Of a stretch of DNA of 64,000 nucleotides, positions 19,929 through 30,979 are shown one piece after another. Every line of letters starts with the position of its first letter. Position 1 is the first letter of the stretch. The position numbers and the translations under genes are program-made. The notes beneath the pieces were generated by a model. The model was not told the DNA's origin and searched no databases. It worked only from the letters and a program-made list of their open reading frames with translations. Origin of the DNA: Opitutales bacterium (GTDB lineage Bacteria; Verrucomicrobiota; Verrucomicrobiia; Opitutales; PNEW01); contig CBDANS010000006.1 of the NCBI GenBank assembly GCA_965197745.1, forward strand, positions 1,344,001 to 1,408,000, in the 5' to 3' direction.

Positions 19929-20915
19929 TCACTTTTTTCCTCGAAAGAGGATTTTACCGAAGCGAGGTTGAATGGCATGGTCAAGAGCCTTTTTGAAATC
20001 GGATAAATTATACCATTCCTCTACTTTGGTGGAGAGGGTTCCCTCCTTAATGAGTTCATAAATATTCATGAACATGGAATCTATTTCCTCTTTAGAATGG
20101 GTGTGCATCCAGTGGTCCAACCAAAAACCAACCAGTTTCATCTTGTTGAATATCAAATAACGAGTGGGGTACCGCACGGGTTCAAAACTCATGGCGCCGA
20201 AAGTAACATGTGTCCCCCCGAAAGAGAGGGCTTTAACAAGATTAGTCGCGCTGTTCCCCCCGACGGAATTTAAGGCGAGCCGAATGACCTTATCCCCGGT
20301 AATTTCATTTATCGATTTCCAGTATTCATCCGTTTCGGATTTTACAACATGCGCCCCCATCTCAATGAGCCTATCAGCCAGCTCTATACGACGTACGATG
20401 TTAAAAGTCTTGAAGCCTAACTTTTTCGCGAGTTGAATAACAAACATACCTACAGCCGAATTTGCAGCGTTTTGAATGATCCAATCACCCGGATTCAGAT
20501 CGACAAAGTCATGAAGCAACCGCCACGCCGTCGTTGGATTAATAAAAATGGTCGCTGCCATTTCGAGAGGTAGCCCCTCGGGTAAAGCGGTTAATGCTTT
20601 TGCCTCTGCGACACAGGATTCCTGCCAGGTGCCGAGTAATTCCGGAAATTGCACCCATTGGCCAGCTGTCAGATGTTTCACGTTCTGGCCCACCTCGACG
20701 ATTTCTCCCACTCCTTCACGACCGGCTACCGCGGGAAGTTCTTTATTTCGACCGTAGCTTCCCATTATCATGCCGAAATCCGACGGGTTAATAGGCGAGG
20801 CCAACATCTGAATGTGTACCTGGTCTGGTCCGACTTCAGGTAAGGATACTTCCTCTGCAGTAAGACACTCAGCGGGATTACCGCACTGATAGTATCGGAT
20901 AGCTAGGGCAGACAT
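19929..20915 (-). CDS. MDR-family trans-2-enoyl-CoA/ACP reductase (MECR-like)
   Basis: SPINPSD, GREGVG, INPTTA, QNAANSAVG and LNSVGG motifs. Confidence 0.88.
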   Translation of the reverse strand: MSALAIRYYQCGNPAECLTAEEVSLPEVGPDQVHIQMLASPINPSDFGMIMGSYGRNKELPAVAGREGVGEIVEVGQNVKHLTAGQWVQFPELLGTWQESCVAEAKALTALPEGLPLEMAATIFINPTTAWRLLHDFVDLNPGDWIIQNAANSAVGMFVIQLAKKLGFKTFNIVRRIELADRLIEMGAHVVKSETDEYWKSINEITGDKVIRLALNSVGGNSATNLVKALSFGGTHVTFGAMSFEPVRYPTRYLIFNKMKLVGFWLDHWMHTHSKEEIDSMFMNIYELIKEGTLSTKVEEWYNLSDFKKALDHAIQPRFGKILFRGKK

Positions 20916-21019
20916 TTCAATTTTCGATTTGCGATTGGCGATTGAACCTGGCTGTTATTAAAACTGATACTTGTATCATACCTCGTGGATCCTGAATCGT
21001 GCATCCTGCATCTTGTTAT

Positions 21020-21811
21020 TCAAATCGTCATCGAAGAAAACCCACCGTCTACGACAAATTCGCTGCCGGTGATGAAGGACCCTGCCTGATCACTGGCCAT
21101 AAGTATTGTCGCACCAATAAGTTCACTGGCTTCGCCAAACCGACTCATGGGCGTGTGGCGCATTATATTTTCGAGCCTTTCGCCCACCAGATATTTACGA
21201 TTCAAGTCGGTGGGAAAGAAACCGGGGACAAGCGTATTCACGCGGATATTATGGGGGGCCCATTCGCGAGCGAGATTTTTGGAAATATTGTGAACAGCTG
21301 CCTTTGTAGCGGAGTAGGTAAAAACGCGAGAAAGCGGGATGAGCCCCGACATCGAGCCGATATTAATCATGCTGCCCGTAATTTTATTTTCTATCATGTA
21401 ACTACCGAATATCTGGCTCGTGAAAATAATCGATTTCAAGTTGATGTTGAGAATATTTTCAAGTTCATCTTCTTGAATATCGACAAAAGGTGTGGGAGCG
21501 GTAGTACCCGCACCATTTACAAGGATGTCCACTTTTCCTGATTTTTTTATCACCCGCGTGAGCAATTCTTTGACTTCTTCTTTTTGGGTAACGTCAGCGC
21601 GTTCAAAGTAGGCTTTATCCTGGAATTGATGAATATTTTTAAGACGCGCTACAGCTTTCTCTTCGTCGCGTCCAACAAGCACTACTTCAGCGCCAGCGCC
21701 GGCCAATCCTTCAGCCATCGCCCCGCAGAGCACCCCCGTGCCCCCGATAATAACCGCCGTTTTTCCCTCGAGTCCGAAAAGTTTGTTTAAATATTCCAGG
21801 TTATTATTCAC
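21020..21811 (-). CDS. SDR oxidoreductase (KduD/UxuB-like sugar-acid dehydrogenase)
   Basis: [21 protein letters not shown] and VDGG motifs; near kdgK. Confidence 0.85.
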   Translation of the reverse strand: MNNNLEYLNKLFGLEGKTAVIIGGTGVLCGAMAEGLAGAGAEVVLVGRDEEKAVARLKNIHQFQDKAYFERADVTQKEEVKELLTRVIKKSGKVDILVNGAGTTAPTPFVDIQEDELENILNINLKSIIFTSQIFGSYMIENKITGSMINIGSMSGLIPLSRVFTYSATKAAVHNISKNLAREWAPHNIRVNTLVPGFFPTDLNRKYLVGERLENIMRHTPMSRFGEASELIGATILMASDQAGSFITGSEFVVDGGFSSMTI

Positions 21812-22792
21812 CGCAGAGGCGCAAAGAGCGCAGAGTTAATTTTTTAGATTTTTGTTTTAGTAATATTCGAAATTTAATTATCAACGAGCTCAGCAAATTG
21901 GCAATTAATACTTATTTCTCACCGCTGAGTTCGAACAACAAAAAGAAAAGCCATATTATCAAGAAAAGAAAACCCTAAATTAAAAGTCTCAGCACCTCAG
22001 CTGTTAACGACTAATATTCATCGCAGAGACACTTAATAAATTAAGGTTATAATAACCACTGTTTCGCGGAGAGCGCCTGAAAAGCTATAAGATCAATAAA
22101 TTAAAACCCTAAATTAAAAAACTCAGCGCCCTCAGCGGTGAACGACTACTATTCAGGAAGTTGATTCACTATACGTTTTATACCGCATTTTAATAAATGA
22201 GTGTTAAAGTTTATAATTAGACCGATATTAAAATTGGTTAATTTTAAATAAGTCAAAAGTTGGGCTTCGTGGATGGGTTGATTATATTCTACAGCTTTTA
22301 ATTCAAGTATTAACCTATCTTCTACAAGAATATCTATGCGATATCCTGCTTTTAACTTTAGCCCCTTATAATTGATGGGCAATTCTAACTGACGCTTAAA
22401 TGATATCTTTCTATTTTCTAATTCGTAAGCAAGGCACGTTTCATAAGCGGATTCTAATAAACCTGGTCCGAGCTGCTTATGAACATCAATAGAAGCACCA
22501 ATTACCGTTTCCGTTAACCCATCATCTTTATCAGTCATCTCCACATCCCCCATTCCTAATTACGGCAGAGACACTTAATAAATTAAGGTTATAATTACCA
22601 CTGTGTCGCGGAGAGCGCCTGAAAAGCTATAAAATCAATAAATTAAAACCCTAAATTAAAAAACTCAGCGACCTCAGCGGTGAACATAAATATTTACTTC
22701 CAAACCGTTGGTAACCCAGAGGAAAAGTAAATGAATCAAGAAAACCCACCCTAAATTAAAATCTCGGCGACCTCTGCGCCTCCGCGGTGAAT
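21806..22792. mobile_element. Putative GxxExxY-carrying element bounded by ACCGCAGAG inverted repeats
   Basis: 30-bp terminal inverted repeats 21806-21835 / 22763-22792 (25/30 match); internal 121-bp direct repeats 22023-22143 / 22565-22685 (117/121) flank the gene. Confidence 0.6.
22149..22553 (-). CDS. GxxExxY protein (PD-(D/E)XK-fold nuclease family)
   Basis: LGPGLLESAYE, YRIDILVE, ELKAV, AQLLTYLK and GLIINF motifs. Confidence 0.95.
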   Translation of the reverse strand: MGDVEMTDKDDGLTETVIGASIDVHKQLGPGLLESAYETCLAYELENRKISFKRQLELPINYKGLKLKAGYRIDILVEDRLILELKAVEYNQPIHEAQLLTYLKLTNFNIGLIINFNTHLLKCGIKRIVNQLPE

Positions 22793-22801
22793 CTTAAAAA
22801 T

Positions 22802-23887
22802 TCAACGTTTAATTCGGGCGCTGCCGCCTTTAGCGACGTGTTCTACTTCTTCCAGGGTTATTTGTGAAGTGTCTCCACCGGTGGATTGCAGAAGGGCACC
22901 GTGCGCTGCACTGAAATCCGCGATTTCCTGCGGCTCCATAGCGTTGAGAAAGCCGTAAGCGACACCGCTGGAGAATCCGTCACCGCCACCAACGCGATCT
23001 TCAATTTCAAGATCCTCAAATCGGGTCGATTCATAAAAACGGTCATCGTGCCAAAGAATTCCGCTCCAATTATTGATCAGTCCGCTTTTAACTTCGCGCA
23101 GAGTAGTACAGACGACTTTGACATTGGGGTAGGTGTCGACAACACGTTCAACCATCTTTTTAAAACCTTCAATGGGGAGTTCCTTTAAATTTTCATCCAC
23201 ACCTTCGACTTCAAATCCCAGTGCTTTTTGAAAATCTTCCTCATTGCCGATGAGCACATCCACATGGGGAGCGATACTGGTATTAGCGGCAATAGCTTCC
23301 TCTGAGCTCCACAACTTGGAGCGGAAATTGAGATCGTAGCTGACAACGGTACCGTTCTCGTGCGCCGCCGTCGCTGCTTCATTGACTATTTTTGCGCAGT
23401 GAGGACTGAGCGCGCTCATGATTCCACCCGTATGTAACCATCGGGTCTTCTGTTTTTCAAAAATATCCTTGTAATCAAAATCAGATGGATCCGCCAGGGA
23501 TATCGCGCTTTGGCCGCGATCATACATCGTCACTGAAGCGCGCACCCCGGTGCCCACTTCGGTAAAGTTGAGACCGACGCGGCCCGCGCGCCCGATACCG
23601 TCGTATTCTTCCATTATGACATTGGAGGTATCCATGCCAACGGCGCGGGCGTGGTTAATTAAGATTTTGCCTACAGGATTGTCGGGCAGTTTACTGACAA
23701 AACCCCCACGCAGTCCCAATCGTGATATGGCGTAGGCCACATTGTACTCACCGCCACCTGCCCAAACTTCCAGGGTTTGAGCATACTCCAGTCGACCGTG
23801 ACCACCGGGTGAAAGGCGAATCATGCATTCGCCGAGGGAGAGTAGATCGAACTTCGTTTCTGAGGAATCAAGCGTTTGAATGCTCAT
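22802..23887 (-). CDS. kdgK: 2-keto-3-deoxygluconate kinase (PfkB family)
   Basis: GECMIRL, GGGEYNVA, YDLNFRSKLW and DRVGGGDGF motifs. Confidence 0.85.
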   Translation of the reverse strand: MSIQTLDSSETKFDLLSLGECMIRLSPGGHGRLEYAQTLEVWAGGGEYNVAYAISRLGLRGGFVSKLPDNPVGKILINHARAVGMDTSNVIMEEYDGIGRAGRVGLNFTEVGTGVRASVTMYDRGQSAISLADPSDFDYKDIFEKQKTRWLHTGGIMSALSPHCAKIVNEAATAAHENGTVVSYDLNFRSKLWSSEEAIAANTSIAPHVDVLIGNEEDFQKALGFEVEGVDENLKELPIEGFKKMVERVVDTYPNVKVVCTTLREVKSGLINNWSGILWHDDRFYESTRFEDLEIEDRVGGGDGFSSGVAYGFLNAMEPQEIADFSAAHGALLQSTGGDTSQITLEEVEHVAKGGSARIKR

Positions 23888-23914
23888 ATTTATTATATAT
23901 GTATAAAGTTTGAT

Positions 23915-25006
23915 TTATTCAGCCACTTTAAAATCATTTATCTTCCAGATGGGCAGGCTGCATTCCACAGCAACTTCATTAAAAGCTTCGATTTCATTTT
24001 CACTAAAGAGGAGGCCCCCGTTTTTCTCAGATCTTTCAGCCGCTTCGGCCTCAAGCTGTCCTGGGAACAGACAATGCTCATTTCCGTGGCCGAAGATGTC
24101 TTCAATCACCGCCTTAACATTTTCTCTTTGCGTGCGACCTTGTGCAAAAGCACCCGCGCTGAGCGCTTCGGGATGCATGACTTGAAAGAAAAAACAGGGG
24201 GTGTGTTTTTCTTCATCTTTGGCCCAGCGACTGCGCACCGTAGGGAGGCTCCCTCCAATTAAAGCAGCGATGAGCTCATCCATAAGGCATAGTCCGTAAC
24301 CCTTATGGTCCCCAAATGGGAGCATGGCTACTACTTTGGAAGGATCTGTAGTAACATTACCCTCACGATCAACGGCGGCGTTGGGTGGTAGAGGTTGACC
24401 TTCACGGTCGAGTTGTTGCATGCGACCGGTAGATATGACCGAAGTTGCCCAATCAATGACAATCGGAAAACCAATCACTTCGGTAGTGGGAAATCCCCAA
24501 CTATGTGGATTCGTTCCAAGCGTAGCCGCTTTACCCTTGAAGGGCACCACCTCAGCCAGTGCTGCGGTGCAATTAGTGTAAGCAATATAGCCCTTTTTCG
24601 CGACCTCCATGACATAACCGCCGCCCCATAAATAATGAAAAGCGTTATCAACGCTGACCATCCCGACGCCATACTTATCTGCCAGTTCAATACAGGTTTC
24701 CATCGCTTCGGAAGCGACGGCTTGCCCCAGTTTTTGATTGCAGTTCCATATTTCAGCAGCCGCAAAGCGTGAGGGCTTTTTTTCAATAACCGCTCCTGGT
24801 TTGCACCCATCAGACCCGCTTCCGTAATGGCGATCGAGATGTAAACCCTTAATCGCATCATGGGTGCGGATTCCATGGCGCGAAGCATTGGCGGCTACAC
24901 GGACGGCATGCTTAACTTCATCATCGGTATAACCACGTTTGAGATACGCGGCCTCAACTAACGCGTTATGGGTGCTTTCCGGAACGGCATAAAACTTTTC
25001 AAGCAT
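23915..25006 (-). CDS. Ldh_2 family (YiaK/AllD/ComC-type) oxidoreductase
   Basis: HGIRTH, LGTNP, DWATS and HKGYGL motifs; start ATG 25006 (upstream extension is repeat-derived). Confidence 0.88.
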   Translation of the reverse strand: MLEKFYAVPESTHNALVEAAYLKRGYTDDEVKHAVRVAANASRHGIRTHDAIKGLHLDRHYGSGSDGCKPGAVIEKKPSRFAAAEIWNCNQKLGQAVASEAMETCIELADKYGVGMVSVDNAFHYLWGGGYVMEVAKKGYIAYTNCTAALAEVVPFKGKAATLGTNPHSWGFPTTEVIGFPIVIDWATSVISTGRMQQLDREGQPLPPNAAVDREGNVTTDPSKVVAMLPFGDHKGYGLCLMDELIAALIGGSLPTVRSRWAKDEEKHTPCFFFQVMHPEALSAGAFAQGRTQRENVKAVIEDIFGHGNEHCLFPGQLEAEAAERSEKNGGLLFSENEIEAFNEVAVECSLPIWKINDFKVAE

Positions 25007-25241
25007 ACTCAATTGCGGATTTTCGATTGCCAATTGTCGATTTAAATAGCCACAAAAAGCACAAAAAACACAAGATGAAATTAAGAACGAAGATATTTTT
25101 ACAGGGAGAGCGGGGAGGTCATAGAGAAATAATTCTGGAGGGACGGAGGATGGTCGGCCATAGCTCCGCATCTGCAAGAGCGACGGCTGATCGCGTCCGT
25201 GATGAAGTATTAATTGTCATTGCGAATTGCGATTGAAGAGA

Positions 25242-25480
25242 TTAACCGCAGAGACGCGAAGAACGCAGAGTTTAATACCGCAGATTAAACGAATTAAGCG
25301 GATAAGTAGATTAGAGGTAGATAAAGGGTTTCTCCTCTTTTTCTATGTTTTTTTAGCTATTTTATATTCGTGAATTTTATACTCTATACCTCTCCATCCG
25401 TATCAATCCGTGTAATTCGCGGTTAGAATGCTTTGAATCACCGCAGAGCATTGGAGCACGTAAAGTTAAAGGTATGAAAA
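25242..25480 (-). repeat. Inverted copy of the 19.5-kb composite cassette, lacking the central four-way element
   Basis: Reverse complement aligns with about 19530-19680 and 19829-19907; the ~150-nt insert is absent at about 25332. Confidence 0.9.
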
Positions 25481-26440
25481 TTATACATCATTAGCTTGGG
25501 CGAGAGGGGGTCTGCCTTCAAAGAAATTGATGAGATTTCTCGTAGCCATACCGGCCTGTCGCTGCACGCTCTGGAAGGTCCGCGATCCGATATGCGGAGT
25601 GATAATACAGTTTTTTGCTTTTAAAAGGGGGTGATCAGCTGGAGGTGGTTCACGATCGAGAACATCGGCGCCATAACCACCCACTTGATCATTGTCTAAG
25701 GCGCGGACCAGTGCGGCAGTGTCGATAAGTTCCCCTCGCGCGGTGTTAAGAATAATCACTCCCGGTTTCATTAAACCGATTTGCTCCGCATCGATCATGT
25801 GACGCGTGTGATCATTAAGTTTAGTATGAAGGCTGATAATATCCGCATTCGCAAAAAGCGCGTTTAAGGAATGACAACGTTCTATCGAGTGCTCTTTGCC
25901 AAAATCGTCATCCCAGTAATTACCATAAGCCATGACTTTCAGCCCAAATGCTTTTGCCCGTATCGCCACTTCCTTTCCGATCCTGCCGAGACCGACAATT
26001 CCCATCGTCTTCCCCATAATTTCGTTACCGGTGAGCCGTTTCCAGTCTCCCTCTCGGGTATAATTAGCTTCGGTCACAATTTTACGCTCCAGTCCCAAAA
26101 GGAGACCGAATGTATGTTCCGCCACGGTTGTGTGGTTAACGCCGGGAGTGAAGAGCACGGGTATCTTTTTCTCCGTGGCGTAAACGACATCAATCTTATC
26201 GAGACCAATACCGTATTTACTGATGACTTTAAGTTGAGGAAGAGATTTATCAATTACGGCACTTGTAATGGCATCATCGCCGCAGAGAAATCCATCAATG
26301 GTCCCGACACAATCCAGCATTTGTTTTTCAGTAAGCGGCCCGCGTTCGCGAACGATTTCAAAATTAGCATCTTCCAGCAATTGGTGATGTTCACCCGGAT
26401 TATCCTGGTAGGATGTTGTTGTGAGTAAGATACGTGGCAT
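25481..26440 (-). CDS. D-3-phosphoglycerate dehydrogenase-like D-2-hydroxyacid dehydrogenase
   Basis: GLGRIG, NTARG, DVLDREP and TPHIG motifs; start ATG 26440. Confidence 0.88.
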   Translation of the reverse strand: MPRILLTTTSYQDNPGEHHQLLEDANFEIVRERGPLTEKQMLDCVGTIDGFLCGDDAITSAVIDKSLPQLKVISKYGIGLDKIDVVYATEKKIPVLFTPGVNHTTVAEHTFGLLLGLERKIVTEANYTREGDWKRLTGNEIMGKTMGIVGLGRIGKEVAIRAKAFGLKVMAYGNYWDDDFGKEHSIERCHSLNALFANADIISLHTKLNDHTRHMIDAEQIGLMKPGVIILNTARGELIDTAALVRALDNDQVGGYGADVLDREPPPADHPLLKAKNCIITPHIGSRTFQSVQRQAGMATRNLINFFEGRPPLAQANDV

Positions 26441-26444
26441 ATTT

Positions 26445-26503
26445 CGATTGTCGATCGATTGTCGATTGTCGATTGTCGATTGTCGATTGTCGATTGTCGA
26501 TTG
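26445..26503. repeat. (CGATTGT)n heptamer tandem array
   Basis: Six perfect units at 26456-26497 plus flanking complete and partial units. Confidence 0.95.
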
Positions 26504-26667
26504 AAGAATAGCTACAAAAAGCACAAAAGACACAAGAGAATTAAGGAAATGAATAGCTACCACCGGGTCCTGCAGCTGCGGTATGGGTTGCAGAATACAG
26601 GTCGAATCTAACGGATACGTTATGGTATATCAACCTCTGAACCCTGAACCCCGAACCCTATGATTTC

Positions 26668-28247
26668 TCACGACCGGGACAGTTGGCGGGGCAGTGAAAT
26701 GTCGGTCTGCATAATTTTATCTAATAGTTGAATGCGCAAATCATCACGTAAATTTTTATTTTTGGAGGTGTCCCAAAGATTGAAATATTCATCGGGATCT
26801 TCATGGAGATCAAATAGTTCACCGTATTCCTGCCCTGAATAGCAGGTCAAACGGTAGCGTTCGGTTACGAGGGTGCGCATTTTAAATCCCAGGTAATCTT
26901 CATCCATTTCTACCAGTGCGGTAGAGTCTGTCGATTTATCTGTTCCCGTAATTACCTGGACCAGGCTACGACCGGGCCAGGGCGATGGCGCATCTGGGGC
27001 TTCAGGAGATCGGGGTATATCACCCGCCGGAATAGGGACCCCCGCGATATCCAGTATGGTGGGAGCAAAATCGAGCAGACTGCAAACGCCATTGTGAACA
27101 GATCCCGCTTCGACTATACCGGGCCAGCATACAAGAAAAGGGACACGTATGACACCGTCGTAATGATAGGGTCCCTTGCCCCACATCCCGTGATCTCCAA
27201 GTGCTTCGCCATGATCGGCGAGAAAAATAACGACGGTATTATTCTCCAGTTTATTCGTCTTCAACGCATGCATGACGCGACCCACCTGATCATCCACGAG
27301 GTTGATAATGCCATAGTAATGTGTGCCGCGCATTCTGCGTAGTAAGGTGCCGTTGCGTTCATCGCCTGGGATTTGTTGCCGCTTGTCATAATGTCCTTTT
27401 CGGCCATGGCGCGAAAATGGGGAGGCAGATCATCTAATTCACCTTCTCTTGACAGAGGGGGTGGGACTTCCTCCGGGTCGTAGTTGTAGCAATAGGGAGC
27501 AGGTGGAGCAAAGGGGGAATGCGGGTCACCAAAACTGCACAGCGCACAGAAGGGTTGGGAATTATTTTTCTCTCCATAGTTGTTAAGGAAATCAATGGTG
27601 CGATCCGCGATATAAGTTGTGGGATGAAGTTCATGAGGCAGAGCCCATCTGTAAGATTGCCGGTTGAAAAGATCTTTGGCGGGGCTTGATTTTTCCAATT
27701 CCACGCGATCGTAAAACAGGTGCGCCTTGTCCGGATGCTCCGATTTAAGCCAGGCCTCATAGTGACCAACGGAACCGTGACCATGGCCGTTGCAAAGGTC
27801 TATATGCTGGAGGCCATAATAGGGGAGTGGGAGTTCTTTAATTATTCCCATGCGCCAAAGTTGTGAGCTCTCCGGATATTTTTTCGGATCTAATTTCTCT
27901 AAAGGAATGTCATTCGGAGTATTGCTGGAATTTAAATGTATTTTTCCCGAACAATAAGTCAGGTACCCATTTTGTCGCAGCGCTTCAGTAAAAGTGGGTA
28001 TGGATGGATTCAGGGGAATGCCGTTCATCCGTACCCCATGGCCGCGTGGAGTGAGCCCGGTAAAAAGAGAGGCGCGCGTTGGCATGCAAAGTGGTTGCGG
28101 GCTGTAAACGCGAGAGAAATTCATACCGCTTTTTGCCAGATTATCGATATGGGGCGTGCGAACGATTGGATGTCCCGCATAACCGAAGCAACGGGGATGC
28201 CATTGATCAGTGATGATGAACAGAAAATTCGGGCGTGCTTTTACCAT
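26668..28247 (-). pseudogene. Sulfatase (S1), split by a frameshift
   Basis: CMPTRASLFTG motif, GKIH; C-terminal DHGE and ELFDL in a second frame; 2-nt slip in the TGTGTG run at 27320-27325. Confidence 0.88.
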
Positions 28248-28269
28248 TGTCGATTGCTAATTGAATAGA

Positions 28270-28479
28270 TTTACCGCAGAGGCGCAGAGCACGCAAAGTT
28301 TATTTTAGAATTTTGGTATGGTACTTTTCATAATTAAATTTTCAGCACCGTCAGAACCTTATCGGTTTTCATTTGTTATTCGCCGTATAACCGCGGATAG
28401 CGCCGAGATAAAGTTGTGAAAAACAATAAAATAAAACCTTAAATTAAAATCTCAGCGCTCTCTGCGCCTCAGCGGTGAA
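28270..28479. repeat. ACCGCAGAG-family composite element
   Basis: TTTACCGCAGAGGCGCAGAG ... AAAACCTTAAATTAAAATCTCAGCGCTCTCTGCGCCTCAGCGGTGAA. Confidence 0.8.
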
Positions 28480-28557
28480 TTTTCTTAATACAATTGGCAA
28501 TCGAAAATCGTTTCAGGCTTTATATTGGATGATTAACAGGGTTTACTTAATAAGATT

Positions 28558-30873
28558 ATGATTAATTTTCATAAGTGGGTGTGTGTGCTTTTTTCCTGCG
28601 TGATCTTAATGATGGGCTGTGGGAAAAAAAATATCCCATCGCAAAGTGACATTGAGAGCACATTAGACATGGTTGAGCGCCTTGAGAAAATTGCCGAGCA
28701 CCCCGACAATAGGCTAAACGCTTATTATAATAATGTGAGGGTAGATTATCTCTTCCAGCTCCTAAAAGATGCGGAAGCGAAAGGAGATCCACCGCAAAGA
28801 TCCAAAGACTATGTAATTCTTAAATTTGAGTATGGCCGACAGTTGCTTCAGTCGGGTCATAGTGAAACAGCGATTAAGGTAATAGAAGAAGTACTGAATA
28901 CAATCGATGAGCATATAATCGTCCTTCAGGAATCGGAACTCAATGCCATACGTCTTACTCTCGCGGTGAGCTATATCCGGCTTGGTGAACAGGACAACTG
29001 TATTTCACTTCACAATCCGGACTCCTGTCTTTTCCCGATTACAAACGCGGGCGTCCACAAGCAGCAACGGGGTTCGCGGGGAGCCATTGAAATTTTAAAT
29101 GATTACCTGATGGTTAATCCCAAAGATTTGGAGGCCATCTGGCTGCTCAATCTCGCGTCCATGACGATAGGGGATTATCCGGACAAGCTTCCTTCGCTCT
29201 GGACCCTGCCACCCGAGTTGTTTGTCTCCGACTATGAAATGAAGCGGTTTTATGATAGGGCTCCTGATCTCGGTCTTGATGTCAATGCCCTGGCGGGTGG
29301 GAGTGTTCTTGAAGATTTCGATGGGGATAATCTGTTGGATGTTATGGTCTCATCGATGGGTGTTAAGGATCAGGTGAGATTGTTTAAAAATATCGGAGAT
29401 GGCACTTTTGATGAGAAAACAGAAGAAGCCGGTCTGATGGGACTGGTTGGCGGTTTAAATATGGTGCATGCCGATTATAATAACGATGGATTTACCGATG
29501 TTTTCATTTTACGTGGTGGGTGGTTCTCAGAATTTGGTGAACTGGGAAAAATCCCAAATTCGCTATTGCGCAACAATGGCAACGGCACTTTTTCAGATGT
29601 CACAGAGGCAGCGGGGATGCTGAGCTATTATCCAACACAGACAGCGGTTTGGTGGGATTATAATAATGACGGTTGGCTGGATCTTTTCATCGGTAACGAA
29701 ACCCTTAATGAGAACGAAGAAAACCCCTGTGAATTATACCGCAATAACCGCGATGGAACATTTACCGAATGCGCAAAAGATGTCGGAATAGCCGTTAGTA
29801 ATTTCGTGAAAGGCGCTGCGAGCGGGGATTATAACAATGACGGTCTCCCCGATCTTTTTTTATCTGTTTTTGGTGATGTGAACATCCTCTTCCGCAATGA
29901 TGGTCCTGATAAAGATTCAGCCCATGACCCCAACGCTTGGCAATTTACTCTACGCGGTAAAACTGCTGGCGTATCTGATCCGAAGTACAGTTTTCCTGCC
30001 TGGTTTTGGGACTATAATAATGACGGATGGGAAGATCTTTTTGTCTGTGGGTACCGGACTGATGGAGAGGGTTATCTGACTAATGGTGTGGGCGGTATTG
30101 TCGCCGATTATTTAAGTCAACCCCATAGCGCTGAAACAATGCGGCTCTATCGTAATAATGGCGATGGCACTTTTGATGACGTTTCAAAGTCAGTTAACCT
30201 GGATCATGTTGTCCTCGGAATGGGCTGTAATTACGGTGATATTGATAACGATGGATGGTTGGATTTTTATGTTGGAACGGGTAATCCTAGCTTTGGCATG
30301 CTTGTGCCCAACCGAATGTTCCGAAATGGGAATGGGATGATTTTTCAGGACGTCACTACATCAGGAGGGTTTGGGCATTTACAAAAAGGTCACGGTGTAT
30401 CGTTTGGCGATATAGACCATGATGGCGATCAGGATATATATGCTGTTATCGGGGGAGCTTTTACCGGAGATAATTATATGAATGTGCTATTTGAAAACCC
30501 CGGTAATGAAAACAGGTGGCTGAGTTTAAAACTCGTCGGTGCTTTCACCAACCGCGCAGCTTTGGGATCGCGAATTAAAATTCTGCTGACCACTGAAGAT
30601 GGCCGTAAACGGGAAATTCATCGCACCGTGAGTGCGGGTGGTAGTTTTGGCGCGTCACCCTTTCGGCAGGAGATCGGGTTGGGTAAGGCAAAATCAATTG
30701 ATGCCGTTGAAATTTTCTGGCCACACTCGGGGAAGTGGAAAGTCTATCGCGAGCTGGATATCAATACCAGTTACCAGATTGTTGAAAATAATAAGCGGCC
30801 TTTAAAACTGCCTCTAAATAAAATTACTTTTCAGAAAATTAATGATCGCCACCGGCATGCGGCGGATGGGTAA
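28558..30873 (+). CDS. CRTAC1 / ASPIC-UnbV family lipoprotein with FG-GAP/VCBS repeats
   Basis: Repeated DYNNDGWLD units, FQDVTTSGGFGHLQKGHG, C-terminal NRAALGSRI..IGLG..IFWP; lipobox MGC. Confidence 0.9.
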   Translation: MINFHKWVCVLFSCVILMMGCGKKNIPSQSDIESTLDMVERLEKIAEHPDNRLNAYYNNVRVDYLFQLLKDAEAKGDPPQRSKDYVILKFEYGRQLLQSGHSETAIKVIEEVLNTIDEHIIVLQESELNAIRLTLAVSYIRLGEQDNCISLHNPDSCLFPITNAGVHKQQRGSRGAIEILNDYLMVNPKDLEAIWLLNLASMTIGDYPDKLPSLWTLPPELFVSDYEMKRFYDRAPDLGLDVNALAGGSVLEDFDGDNLLDVMVSSMGVKDQVRLFKNIGDGTFDEKTEEAGLMGLVGGLNMVHADYNNDGFTDVFILRGGWFSEFGELGKIPNSLLRNNGNGTFSDVTEAAGMLSYYPTQTAVWWDYNNDGWLDLFIGNETLNENEENPCELYRNNRDGTFTECAKDVGIAVSNFVKGAASGDYNNDGLPDLFLSVFGDVNILFRNDGPDKDSAHDPNAWQFTLRGKTAGVSDPKYSFPAWFWDYNNDGWEDLFVCGYRTDGEGYLTNGVGGIVADYLSQPHSAETMRLYRNNGDGTFDDVSKSVNLDHVVLGMGCNYGDIDNDGWLDFYVGTGNPSFGMLVPNRMFRNGNGMIFQDVTTSGGFGHLQKGHGVSFGDIDHDGDQDIYAVIGGAFTGDNYMNVLFENPGNENRWLSLKLVGAFTNRAALGSRIKILLTTEDGRKREIHRTVSAGGSFGASPFRQEIGLGKAKSIDAVEIFWPHSGKWKVYRELDINTSYQIVENNKRPLKLPLNKITFQKINDRHRHAADG

Positions 30874-30979
30874 CTGGATGACTCCCATTAGTAACCGGAA
30901 ACAATCCATCAACAGATAATTATAGTTAAGGCTATCGTTTGACAGGTATCTACGGCGCTATAATGTTTAGCCCTGATTT

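Noticed and set aside
21969..22792. CRISPR array interpretation of the repeated units around GxxExxY
   Set aside because: Units are long, degenerate and irregularly spaced, with no unique equal-length spacers and no cas genes.
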